DNA from: a candidate division TA06 bacterium SM23_40
Lineage (GTDB): Bacteria; LJUI01; SM1-40
NCBI GenBank assembly: GCA_001303705.1
Contig: LJUI01000046.1
Coordinates: 1-40,638 of the forward strand
DNA length: 40,638 nucleotides
Direction of reading: 5' to 3'
The notes below the pieces were generated by a model. The model ran no database searches and had not been told where the DNA came from. It saw nothing but the letters and a program-made list of their open reading frames with translations. The translations under genes were made by a program, and so were the position numbers. Numbering within the stretch: the stretch's first letter is position 1; each line of letters starts with the position of its first letter. Positions 9,484-18,503 of this stretch are shown one piece after another.

Positions 9484-10371
9484 ATGAGAGTCATGTTCGC
9501 TGTGCTCGCAGGCATGTGGGCCCTGGTCGCGGCCTCGTCAGTCCCGGCAGAGCCGTGGGCCCTGGCCGTCGACGCAAATCTCATGCTGACGCAGAACGCC
9601 TACAGCGACAGCTGGGTGGGTGGAGAGGCCGGGTCTATCTCTTGGGCATTCAACTCCAATTCGCTTGCAGAACGACAGCTGTCCGACCGATTCCACAGCA
9701 AGAGCACGCTGAAGCTCTCGTTCGGTCAGACCCACAGCCAAGACAGCGAAACCAAGCATTGGGCCAAACCGCAGAAGGCGACAGATCTCATCGAACTCGA
9801 GTCGGTCCTTCGGCTCACGCTCGGAGCGTTTGCAGATCCCTTCTTGGGTGGCAGAGTGGAGACACAGTTTCTGGATGCGAGCGATCCGACAAAGGACCGG
9901 TACCTCAATCCAGTGACGCTCACCGAGACGTTCGGCGTGGCGAGGGTTCTGATCGGGGAAGAAGGTCGGGAGTGGGTGGCCCGCCTCGGTGCCGGTTCGA
10001 GGCAGTACATCGACCGCGACGTGCTTGTGGATACCCTTGCCGAGCGGCGCGAGACCCAGACCGCTTACGATGGCGGACTCGAATTCGTGAGCGATTTCCG
10101 GACTTCGTTCGCCGATGAGCAGATGACCTTCGCCAGCAAGTTGACCGTCTTCAAGGCCCTATTCTATTCCGAGTCCGACGAGTTGGAGGGCCTGCCGAAC
10201 GAAGATTACTGGAAATCCCCCGATGTCGACTGGGAGAACATCTTGACTGCCAACATAAACACCTACGTGATGGTGAACTTCTACATGCAGCTCCTCTATG
10301 ACAAGGAGATCGATCTGAGGTCGCGGTTCAAGCAGACCCTGTCTCTGGGGCTGACATACAAGCTCATCTGA
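9484..10371 (+). CDS. DUF3078-like outer-membrane beta-barrel protein
   Basis: Signal peptide, TQNAYSDSWVGGE motif, alternating beta-strand pattern, terminal QTLSLGLTYKLI. Confidence 0.8.
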   Translation: MRVMFAVLAGMWALVAASSVPAEPWALAVDANLMLTQNAYSDSWVGGEAGSISWAFNSNSLAERQLSDRFHSKSTLKLSFGQTHSQDSETKHWAKPQKATDLIELESVLRLTLGAFADPFLGGRVETQFLDASDPTKDRYLNPVTLTETFGVARVLIGEEGREWVARLGAGSRQYIDRDVLVDTLAERRETQTAYDGGLEFVSDFRTSFADEQMTFASKLTVFKALFYSESDELEGLPNEDYWKSPDVDWENILTANINTYVMVNFYMQLLYDKEIDLRSRFKQTLSLGLTYKLI

Positions 10372-10435
10372 TATTCTCTCCGGTGGTATCCCCCACGGGG
10401 ACTCCACACGAAGGCCGACTGAGCGATATACCGCC

Positions 10436-10464
10436 TTGACTTGTCCTCCCGCGGCTGGCACAAT
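10436..10464 (+). promoter_or_regulatory. Putative sigma70 promoter upstream of the GGR-GGGPS cluster
   Basis: TTGACT, 17 nt, CACAAT with an extended -10 TG. Confidence 0.5.
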
Positions 10465-10813
10465 GGGTCATCGACTCCGGCCGGCCTATTCGCCCTGACA
10501 CCCCGTACGGGCCGGGTGTGATCTACGGGCGACCCTGTCCGATCTGTTGTTGACTGGGGCCGAGCCCCTGGGATATACTCACGTTCGCCGTGAGCATATG
10601 TGGGTTCCGATTGCCGGCTTTGCCACGGTTAGCAGCGCCGTCTGCGACCGAGATCCCGGCTCGCGCCATGTCGAACGCCGGGAACCGGTTCCGGGCATCT
10701 CGCTCGGCCACGGTACACGCAGTCCCAATCGCATGACAGGGGACGTGCACCTCGGATGTTGGCCGAAGGGGCAGCAGAGAGACGAGGAATCGTCGGAGGA
10801 TATTCGAAACACG

Positions 10814-12034
10814 ATGCCGCAGACGACGGATTCACCGACGCGGGACATCTCCTGGACGGAAGCGTCGCCTCACGATTGTGTGGTCGTGGGAGCAGGCCCG
10901 GCCGGGTCGATGGCCGCCAGGGCGGCAGCCGAAGGCGGGGCCAGTGTCCTCCTCATCGAGGAAGACTGGGAGATCGGCGTGCCCCTCGTCTGTGCCGAGG
11001 GGGTGGGAAAAGAAACGCTCGCCCAATTCGTCGATGTCGACCCGAAGTGGGTAGCATCGAGGGTGGAGGGAGCGATCTTTGTCTCTCCCAGCGGCCGCCG
11101 TGTCCGCGTCAACTATCCGGATGCCGGGTACATCCTCGAGAGAAAAGTCTTCGATCGCGATCTTGCGGCCCTGGCAGCCGCGGCTGGGGCGCGGGTACAG
11201 GTGGGATTGGAGGCGGTTGGGGTCAGCCCCGGGGAGAATGGACTCCACAGGGTCGAGGTTCGGCGCGGCGATGAGAAGGGGACCATCGAGGCGCGCCTGG
11301 TCATCGGGGCTGATGGGTTTCGTTCCCGAGTCGGGCGATGGGCCGGGCTCGATACGAGGCTGAAACCCGGGGAGATCCACAGCTGCGTGCAATATCTGGT
11401 GGCCGGTGCGGACGTTGAAGAGCACTACCCGGAGTTCACGGCGGGGAGAGAGATCGCGCCGGGAGGGTACGCGTGGGTCTTCCCCAAGGGAAGGGGGACG
11501 GCGAACGTCGGGGTGGGGATCTCGCCGGTCACGGCGAAACAGAGCGCGCTCGAATATCTCGAGCGCTTTCTCGATCAGCGGTTTCCGGGGGCGATGAGAT
11601 TGGAGCGGATGGTGGGAGGCGTCCCCGCGAAACCCCAGGAGCGCCTCGTCGGCAACGGTCTCCTTCTCGTCGGCGATGCCGCTCGCGTCGCCGACCCGAT
11701 CTCGGGCGCCGGTATCATCAACGCCCTCGCGTCGGGAACAATGGCAGGGCAGATCGCCGCAGCGGCACTGCGCGAGGGGGATGTCTCCGGGAGGCGCCTC
11801 GCCGCCTACCAGGATGAGTGGGAACGCACGATCGGTAAAGACATCCGATTCCGCGCCCGTATCCGCGATGTCTTCCTCAAACTGACAGACGCGGATTTCG
11901 AGGCGATCCTCGATGTTGGAAGTAAGCTGTTCGCAAAAGGGGATGTCCGGTCGATCGATCCATACCAGGTAGTGAGGGCAATCATCACATCGAGTCCGCG
12001 TTTTCTGAAGATCGCCAGACACTTGCTGCAGTAG
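10814..12034 (+). CDS. Geranylgeranyl reductase family flavoprotein (resembles archaeal DGGGPL reductase)
   Basis: VVGAGPAGS FAD motif, IGVPLVCAEGV, ILERKVFD, APGGYAWVFPKG (PxxYxWxFP), LVGDAARVADPISGAGI. Start codon uncertain. Confidence 0.9.
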   Translation: MPQTTDSPTRDISWTEASPHDCVVVGAGPAGSMAARAAAEGGASVLLIEEDWEIGVPLVCAEGVGKETLAQFVDVDPKWVASRVEGAIFVSPSGRRVRVNYPDAGYILERKVFDRDLAALAAAAGARVQVGLEAVGVSPGENGLHRVEVRRGDEKGTIEARLVIGADGFRSRVGRWAGLDTRLKPGEIHSCVQYLVAGADVEEHYPEFTAGREIAPGGYAWVFPKGRGTANVGVGISPVTAKQSALEYLERFLDQRFPGAMRLERMVGGVPAKPQERLVGNGLLLVGDAARVADPISGAGIINALASGTMAGQIAAAALREGDVSGRRLAAYQDEWERTIGKDIRFRARIRDVFLKLTDADFEAILDVGSKLFAKGDVRSIDPYQVVRAIITSSPRFLKIARHLLQ

Positions 12035-12125
12035 CGCCATCCATCCGTCTGCGTGGGAATATCGACCGGCTCTATCGGCTGCCGACTGCAGCGCAGAGAG
12101 TGGGCTCTGCTCCGGGAGAGAAACA

Positions 12126-12881
12126 ATGGGGGGACGACCATCTGTCTTTGAGAATCTGATGGATGTGGCTCGTGAGAAGGGCGCTGGTTATCTGGTCCTC
12201 CTCGATCCCGACCGACTCGATACCGCAAGGCTCCGTGCTATGGCCCGAGAGGCGTCAGACGGTGGTGCGGATGCAATCCTCGTGGGGTCGAGCCTTCTCC
12301 TCTCAGATGAGTTCGACGAGATAGTCGCTGCCGTGAAGAAGGCGGCGACGGTTCCCGTCATCCTGTTTCCTGGCAGCGCCAGTCAGGTGTCGCGCCATGC
12401 CGACGCCATCTTCTACCTGTCGCTCGTGAGCGGCCGGAATCCGGATCTGTTGATCGGTGAACATGTGAAGGCAGCGCCACTGCTCAAGCGGTACGAAGTA
12501 GAGGTGATTTCGGTGGCGTACATGATCGTGGAGTCCGGTACGCTGTCGAGCGTGGGGTACATGAGCCACACGCTGCCGATTCCCCGGGACAAGGCGGACA
12601 TCGCCATGGCCCATGCGCTGGCCGGGGAGTTTCTGGGGATGAAGATGGCGTATCTCGACGCAGGGAGCGGCGCCGGTCACAGCGTTCCCACGGCGATGGT
12701 CGAGGCCGTGCGCTCATATATCTCCATTCCGCTTATAGTCGGTGGTGGGATCAAGACACCCCAACAGGCCGGTAAGATAGTGGAGGCAGGAGCAACGTTC
12801 GTGGTAACAGGCAATGTCCTGGAGGAGGACGCCGATCGCCTGCAGGAGTTCGCCCGTGCGATCCACCGTGAGGCCAGTTAG
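12126..12881 (+). CDS. Geranylgeranylglyceryl/heptaprenylglyceryl phosphate synthase (group II GGGPS type)
   Basis: LVLLDPD, DAILVGSS, PVILFPG, ADAIFYLSLVSGRNP..LIG, YLDAGSGA, PLIVGGGI, VVTGN. Confidence 0.95.
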   Translation: MGGRPSVFENLMDVAREKGAGYLVLLDPDRLDTARLRAMAREASDGGADAILVGSSLLLSDEFDEIVAAVKKAATVPVILFPGSASQVSRHADAIFYLSLVSGRNPDLLIGEHVKAAPLLKRYEVEVISVAYMIVESGTLSSVGYMSHTLPIPRDKADIAMAHALAGEFLGMKMAYLDAGSGAGHSVPTAMVEAVRSYISIPLIVGGGIKTPQQAGKIVEAGATFVVTGNVLEEDADRLQEFARAIHREAS

Positions 12882-12943
12882 CTGCTTACTCGCCAGGAGA
12901 CGAGACGCGGTTCTCCTCTTGCACTAACGGAAGGAAGGGATCG

Positions 12944-13675
12944 ATGAAAGGTGTCATCCTTGCCGGAGGGCTCGGGACGAGACTCTTCCCGCTCACCAAG
13001 ATCACGAATAAACACCTGTTGCCGGTGTACGATCGGCCGATGATCTACTATCCGATCCAGACACTCGTCGACGCGGGGATAGAAGATATCATGGTCGTGA
13101 CAGGCGGGACGAACGCGGGCGATTTCCTCCGCCTGTTGGGAAACGGGCGAGAGTTCGGACTGAAGCATCTGCGGTATGCTTACCAGGAACGCGAAGGTGG
13201 CATTGCCGAGGCGGTCGGCCTTGCCGAGCACTTTGTTGAGGGGCAGCCGATCGCGGTGATGTTGGGGGACAATATCCTCGAGCGCGGCATCGGCGACGCC
13301 GTGGAGGAATTCCGGCGACAGGGATCCGGGGCGAGAATTCTGCTGAAGGAGGTGGAGAACCCCGCAGCGTATGGCGTTGCCGAGCTCGTCGGGAATCGGA
13401 TCATCAACATCGAGGAAAAGCCGAAGGAACCGAAGAGCAATCTCGCGGTCATCGGGATATACATGTATGACAATCGAGTCTTTGAGATCATCAGGACACT
13501 GGAGCCATCGGAGCGAGGGGAGCTGGAGATCACCGATGTGAACAACGCGTACATCCGTGATGGGTCTATGCACTACTCGATCCTCGAAGGTTGGTGGGCG
13601 GACGCGGGCGAGTCGGTGGAGATGCTTCACGAGGCGAATGTCCTGGTCGCGCGGCAGCGGAGGGGAAAAGCGTGA
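12944..13675 (+). CDS. Sugar-1-phosphate nucleotidyltransferase (glucose-1-phosphate thymidylyltransferase, short SpsI/RmlA type)
   Basis: MKGVILAGGLGTRLFPLT, KHLLPVYD.PMIYYP, LGDNI, EEKP, SERGELEITDVN. Confidence 0.93.
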   Translation: MKGVILAGGLGTRLFPLTKITNKHLLPVYDRPMIYYPIQTLVDAGIEDIMVVTGGTNAGDFLRLLGNGREFGLKHLRYAYQEREGGIAEAVGLAEHFVEGQPIAVMLGDNILERGIGDAVEEFRRQGSGARILLKEVENPAAYGVAELVGNRIINIEEKPKEPKSNLAVIGIYMYDNRVFEIIRTLEPSERGELEITDVNNAYIRDGSMHYSILEGWWADAGESVEMLHEANVLVARQRRGKA

Positions 13676-14517
13676 GGGTCCTGTTGACGGGGGCGCGCGG
13701 TATGTTGGGAACGGACCTCTCTGCCCTGATCCGGGAGCGGCACGAACTCCACCCGATCGACATCGAGGAGGTCGATATCACCGATGGGCCGGCGACGATG
13801 GCTCTCATCGAGAAGATACGGCCTGATGCTATCATTCACACTGCGGCCTACACTGATGTTGATGGCTGCGAGTCTCATGTCGATCAGGCATTTCAGGTCA
13901 ATGGGGAAGGGACACGCCACGTTGCGGAAGGGGCACACCGCTCCGGAGCATCGATGCTCTATGTGAGTACGGACTATGTATTCGATGGGAAGAGTGCCAG
14001 CCCGTATCGGGTGGAGGATGAGCCGCGGCCGATGAGCGTGTACGGGAAGTCGAAACTCCGTGGTGAGGTGTATACTCGGGAGCTCGCGGCGCAACACTAC
14101 ATAGTGCGCACCGGATGGCTGTACGGTGAACACGGGGCGAACTTCGTGGAGAAGGTCATCGGCCTCGCCCGGGATCGGCCGCGACTGGAGATAGTGGACG
14201 ATCAGGTGGGCTCCCCGACCTATTCGAAAGATCTCGCCCCCGCACTCCTCAGGCTCGTCGAGAGCGGGCGGTTCGGCACGTATCATGTGACCAATGATGG
14301 AAGTTGCTCGTGGTTTGAATTCGCCCGACATATCCTGGATCTCGCCGGCATCGAAGACATTGAGGTGGTACCCACGACCTCAGAACGGCTGGCGAGGCCG
14401 GCGCCTCGTCCGCCATATTCAGTGCTCGACAATTCGGCGTGGCGCGAGGTATTCGGCAGTGGCCTGCGCCACTGGCGGGAGGCGATCGAGGAGTATGTGA
14501 GGCACCGGCCTCGGTAG
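13672..14517 (+). CDS. rfbD: dTDP-4-dehydrorhamnose reductase
   Basis: TGARGMLG, HTAAYTDVD, STDYVFDG, YGKSK, DQVGSPT, RPPYSVLD; GTGA overlap with the previous gene. Confidence 0.96.
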   Translation: MRVLLTGARGMLGTDLSALIRERHELHPIDIEEVDITDGPATMALIEKIRPDAIIHTAAYTDVDGCESHVDQAFQVNGEGTRHVAEGAHRSGASMLYVSTDYVFDGKSASPYRVEDEPRPMSVYGKSKLRGEVYTRELAAQHYIVRTGWLYGEHGANFVEKVIGLARDRPRLEIVDDQVGSPTYSKDLAPALLRLVESGRFGTYHVTNDGSCSWFEFARHILDLAGIEDIEVVPTTSERLARPAPRPPYSVLDNSAWREVFGSGLRHWREAIEEYVRHRPR

Positions 14518-14572
14518 CCTTCATGGCGCGATCCCGCTGTGGGTAACGGAACTCCTTTACATAGGTCTTGCC

Positions 14573-15078
14573 GTGGAAGAGAAGATCGAAATCGTGCGGG
14601 CCTCGTTGCGCGAGAGCGCCAAGCTCAAGGAGGAGCTGGCGGCCAGCGCATCAGATGTGATCGCCGCCATCGCGGTCGCGGTCGTCGAGACCGTGCGCCG
14701 AGACGGGAAGATCCTCCTCTGCGGCAACGGCGGGCTCTGAGCACCAACAGCTCTGTGGTTACTGCGGTGGCCAATGACCGCGGATGGGAGTGGGTATTTC
14801 TGCGGCAGGTGGAGGCGTTGGGAAAACCAGGAGATATGCTCTTCGGGCTGAGCACAAGCGGCCGCTCCGAGAACGTGATCCGAGCCATAGCGAAGGCTAA
14901 AGAGATTGGCCTGGCGACTGTCGTCTTCACGGGCCTCGGGGGAGAAGAACTCGCCCGGCAAGCGGACTGGTCGATTGTCGTCCCCTCCCGCGACCCACAG
15001 CGGATACAGGAGGCGCACGTCGCGGTAGGACACGTCATCTGCACTCTGGTTGAGGAGGAGGTCGCCCGTTGGGGGTGA
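14573..15078 (+). pseudogene. gmhA: D-sedoheptulose-7-phosphate isomerase with an internal deletion and frameshift
   Basis: Frame A (14573-14740) reads ...DGKILLCGNGGL*. Frame B resumes at 14734 with ALSTNSSVVTAVAND...STSGRSENV...QRIQEAH. The segment normally between GNGG and ALxT is missing. Confidence 0.85.
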
Positions 15079-15953
15079 TGCGGCTCGAGTCGTTTGCGAA
15101 GGTGAATTTCGGATTGGAGATAGTCCGCCGGCGCCAGGATGGTTATCACGACATCCGAACCGTGCTGACTACCATAGGTCTGGCGGACGCGATAGAGATT
15201 GAAGCGATAGACGGACCTCAGCTTGTCGTCGAGTGTGATGATCCAGAGATCCCCACTGATGAGGGCAATCTAGTCGTACGGGCAGCACGCGCCCTGTCCG
15301 GTGCCGCGGGATCGAGGCGCGGTGCGCGCATCAGGATCGAGAAGAGGATACCGGTATCTGCCGGCCTGGGCGGGGGGAGTTCCAACGCCGCCACCGTCCT
15401 CCGCGCGCTCAATCTGCTCTGGTGGGCCGGGCTCGATCATTCGAAGATCGCCCAGATTGCGGCGACTGTGGGTTCTGACGTCCCGTTTTTCCTCCGTGGC
15501 GGGGCTGCGGTCGCCAGTGGCAGAGGCGATCGTCTGGAACCGATTCCCGACCCCCCTCCGCTCTGGATAGTGCTGGTCAATCCCGGCATCCAGGTCAGCT
15601 CAGCGTGGGCATACGGCGCGTATAGACGGGCGAAAATGGAGTTGACAAACGCTGGTGCCCGGATTAATATGGCGATCAGCGGGTTCCGGAGCAACGATGC
15701 CGCTCGCATCGGAGCCGGTATGTATAACGCTCTGGAACCTATCGTCTTCTCTGAGTATCCGGAGCTTCGCTCGATCAAAGAGGAGCTCCTCTCCTTCTCT
15801 GCGCTGGGCGCATCCATGTCTGGCAGCGGCTCCGCGATATTCGCGCTGGCAGAGGATGAGGAGTCTGCACGGGAGATCGGGCAGGCGATGGAGGACCGCG
15901 GACATCGCACGTGGGCGCTCAGCACCTGTCATGAGGCGGCTCGTCTCGAGTGA
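15078..15953 (+). CDS. ispE: 4-(cytidine 5'-diphospho)-2-C-methyl-D-erythritol kinase
   Basis: AKVNFGL, DGYHDI, KRIPVSAGLGGGSSNAA, GSDVPFF, MSGSGS; TGATG overlap with gmhA. Confidence 0.97.
   Translation: MRLESFAKVNFGLEIVRRRQDGYHDIRTVLTTIGLADAIEIEAIDGPQLVVECDDPEIPTDEGNLVVRAARALSGAAGSRRGARIRIEKRIPVSAGLGGGSSNAATVLRALNLLWWAGLDHSKIAQIAATVGSDVPFFLRGGAAVASGRGDRLEPIPDPPPLWIVLVNPGIQVSSAWAYGAYRRAKMELTNAGARINMAISGFRSNDAARIGAGMYNALEPIVFSEYPELRSIKEELLSFSALGASMSGSGSAIFALAEDEESAREIGQAMEDRGHRTWALSTCHEAARLE
15642..15670 (+). promoter_or_regulatory. Near-consensus sigma70 promoter inside ispE
   Basis: TTGACA (15642-15647), 17 nt, TAATAT (15665-15670), upstream of tRNA-Gln and prs. Confidence 0.65.
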
Positions 15954-16017
15954 GACAGCAGTGCCGCAATGCTTGATGGTGAGGCGTGAGGTGTGATCTT
16001 CCTGCTATTCATGCGGG

Positions 16018-16091
16018 TGGGGCGTCGTCAAGTGGCAAGACACAGGACTTTGGATCCTGCATCGGAGGTTCGAATCCTCCCGCCCCAGCCA
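16018..16091 (+). tRNA. tRNA-Gln(TTG) with encoded CCA
   Basis: Acceptor TGGGGCG/CGCCCCA; anticodon arm CAGGA-CTTTGGA-TCCTG; T arm GGAGG-TTCGAAT-CCTCC; canonical position between ispE and prs. Confidence 0.97.
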
Positions 16092-16151
16092 GAGTCACTG
16101 TTTCAGCCGACACACGATCCATTCTGACTCATTTCCGGGGAGGGCAGTCTC

Positions 16152-17090
16152 GTGCCTGATGAGTTGAAGGTGTTCTCGGGGAGTTCGAATCCGGAGTTGG
16201 CGAAGGAGATATGTGACTTCCTCGGGCTGACTCTGGGTGATGCGTCTGTCAGTCGGTTCACCGACGGTGAGATCAGGATCAAGGTCAATGAGAACGTGCG
16301 TGGGACAGATGTCTTCGTCGTGCAATCGACGCACCCGCCGGCCGATAATCTCCTCGAGTTGCTGCTGATGGTCGATGCGATGAGGCGAGCGTCTGCCTGG
16401 CGTATCACTGCGGTAGTGCCGTACTTCGGCTATGCGAGACAGGATCGAAAGGACGAGCCGCGGGTCCCCATCTCGGCGAAGCTCGTCTCTAACCTGCTCG
16501 TCACATCCGGTGCGAGTCGCGTGTTGACGATGGATCTGCATGTCGAACAGATCATGGGTTTCTTCGACATACCAGTCGATCAGCTCTATGCCTCGCCGGT
16601 GATCATGGACTACTTCCGCAAGAAGGATCTGACCGATTTCATCATCGTCTCTCCCGATCCAGGAGGTGTGCGCCGATGTCGCGCGTTCGCTAAGCGATTG
16701 GGGAATCTGCCGCTCGCGATCATCGACAAGCGGCGTCCCGAGCCGGATAGGAGCGAGGTGCTCAACATCATTGGCGAGGTGAATAGAAAGAAAGTTGTGA
16801 TCGTCGATGATATTCTGAGCACGGGGCGGACGATGTTCGATGCGGCCGCGGCTCTGAGAGAGAAGGGCGCGGATGAGATCTACGGCAGTTGTACGCACGC
16901 GCTGTTCGCCGGTGATTCACTGGAACGACTGAACGGCAGTGTCATGAGAAAGATCGTTGTCACGAACACCATTCCGCTCGCGGCCCAACTCGACTCGCCC
17001 AAAATCGAAGTCCTGTCAGTCGCCTCCCTTCTCGGGGAGGCCATCAACCGGATTCACAGTGAGGAGTCGGTCAGCACACTGTTTGAATGA
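16152..17090 (+). CDS. prs: Ribose-phosphate pyrophosphokinase
   Basis: FTDGEI, VRGTDVF, PYFGYARQDRK, VSPDPGG, IVDDILSTGRT, ESVSTLF. Confidence 0.98.
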   Translation: MPDELKVFSGSSNPELAKEICDFLGLTLGDASVSRFTDGEIRIKVNENVRGTDVFVVQSTHPPADNLLELLLMVDAMRRASAWRITAVVPYFGYARQDRKDEPRVPISAKLVSNLLVTSGASRVLTMDLHVEQIMGFFDIPVDQLYASPVIMDYFRKKDLTDFIIVSPDPGGVRRCRAFAKRLGNLPLAIIDKRRPEPDRSEVLNIIGEVNRKKVVIVDDILSTGRTMFDAAAALREKGADEIYGSCTHALFAGDSLERLNGSVMRKIVVTNTIPLAAQLDSPKIEVLSVASLLGEAINRIHSEESVSTLFE

Positions 17091-17182
17091 GATGCCTCCG
17101 GCCCGGAGCCCTGAGTCCGACCTTCGGGAACAGCGGGCACGGGCTGATTCGGGCGGGGGCGTGGAAGCGTAAGGGGTGGAGA

Positions 17183-17875
17183 ATGCTGGAAGAAAGATTG
17201 GAGGTCGAGCTCCGCGAGGAGACAGGCAAGGGCGTGGCAAAGCAGCTGCGCCGGGAAGGAAAGATACCGGCGATTGTCTATGGTGCCGGTGAGGAGACGG
17301 TCCCTCTGTCGATCGATCTGCGGCGATTTGTTGCGATGCTCCAGAGAACCGGCGGCGAGACCGCTCTTATCGATCTCGCGGTTGTCGGACAGGGAAGGAA
17401 GGAATGGAAGACGATCTTACGGGAGGTGCAGAGGGATCCGAGAAGCGGCAGACTTCTCCACATTGATTTCCAGCGGATCTCGATGACTAAGGAGATCACG
17501 GTGGGGGTCGCGCTCCGCATCATGGGAGAGGCGTTCGGTGTGAAGACACAGGGCGGGCTCCTCGATCACCACCTCCGCGAGGTGGAGGTGCGCTGTCTTC
17601 CCTCAGACATTCCCTCACATTTCGATGTCGATGTCTCCGAGTTGAAGATCGGCGACACGATCCACGTTTCGGATCTCCAGATAGAGGGTGTAGAATTCGT
17701 GACAGATCCCATGACGGCCGTCGCCAGCGTACTTGTCCCGACAGTTCATGTTGTCGCACCAACCCCCGCCGAGGCACCTCCTGAGGAAGTTGCTGAAGAA
17801 GTTGGCGAGGAAGCTGAGGCACCGCCTCCTGAGGGCGCTCCACCTGAGGAGGAGAGGGAAGGAGGTCAGGGCTGA
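17183..17875 (+). CDS. rplY: 50S ribosomal protein L25 (Ctc/TL5 long form)
   Basis: GKGVAKQLRREGKIPAIVYG, LHIDF, GVKTQGG, acidic Pro/Glu tail. Confidence 0.95.
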   Translation: MLEERLEVELREETGKGVAKQLRREGKIPAIVYGAGEETVPLSIDLRRFVAMLQRTGGETALIDLAVVGQGRKEWKTILREVQRDPRSGRLLHIDFQRISMTKEITVGVALRIMGEAFGVKTQGGLLDHHLREVEVRCLPSDIPSHFDVDVSELKIGDTIHVSDLQIEGVEFVTDPMTAVASVLVPTVHVVAPTPAEAPPEEVAEEVGEEAEAPPPEGAPPEEEREGGQG

Positions 17876-17907
17876 GCGAGGAGGTTCCGTGGGCGGCTCG
17901 AGAGGCG

Positions 17908-18486
17908 TTGCTTGTCGGGCTCGGGAATCCCGGCAGGGAGCACTTTCGTACCCGACATAATCTGGGCTTTCGTGTCGTCGATCGGCTGGCGAGCCGCCTT
18001 GCCGCTTCTTTCTCTCCCGGCAGGGGGCGGTACGTTCTGGCGCGGGCGGCCTGGGAGGACAGGATCCTCTTCCTTCTGAAACCGCTCACGTTCATGAATG
18101 CGAGTGGTGAGGCGGTTCTCGAGGCCATCGATCGCTACGGCTTCGATCTCACTGAAGTGCTCATCATCTGTGATGACTATCAGCTGCCGCTCGGCAGATT
18201 GCGGCTCCGCTCGCGCGGGTCGGACGGCGGGCACCGCGGCCTCGCATCGGTTATCTACCACCTTCAGTCGGAAGAGGTGCCCCGGCTCAGGATCGGAATA
18301 GGTCCTTTGCCTGAAGGAATAACTTCCACTGACTTCGTCCTCGGGGAGTTCGCCCCGTCCGAGGAGGAGATAGTGGAGGCGATCCTTCCCCGCGCAGAGG
18401 ATGGGGCGCTGTTGTACGTGGCAGAAGGAGCGATGAGGGCGATGTCGATCATCAACGACCCGGCGTTCCCCGACGAATGCGAGTGA
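17908..18486 (+). CDS. pth: Peptidyl-tRNA hydrolase (start may be CTG 17872)
   Basis: VGLGNPG, TRHNLGF, KPLTFMNASG, GSDGGHRGL, RLRIGIG, DFVLGEF. Confidence 0.96.
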   Translation: MLVGLGNPGREHFRTRHNLGFRVVDRLASRLAASFSPGRGRYVLARAAWEDRILFLLKPLTFMNASGEAVLEAIDRYGFDLTEVLIICDDYQLPLGRLRLRSRGSDGGHRGLASVIYHLQSEEVPRLRIGIGPLPEGITSTDFVLGEFAPSEEEIVEAILPRAEDGALLYVAEGAMRAMSIINDPAFPDECE

Positions 18487-18503
18487 GGTGAGAAGGGGCT
18501 AGG

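Noticed and set aside
10465-10813. Small ferredoxin gene or extended N-terminus upstream of GGR
   Set aside because: No CxxCxxC ORF; the upstream in-frame extension looks non-coding.
10832-12040. Long antisense ORFs (also 4885-5736, 19547-20542, 24780-25649, 37876-38784, 38980-40437)
   Set aside because: Shadow ORFs of well-supported genes, expected at high GC.
14738-14740. Selenocysteine or stop read-through in gmhA
   Set aside because: Downstream homology is in a different frame and sequence is missing, so read-through cannot restore the protein.
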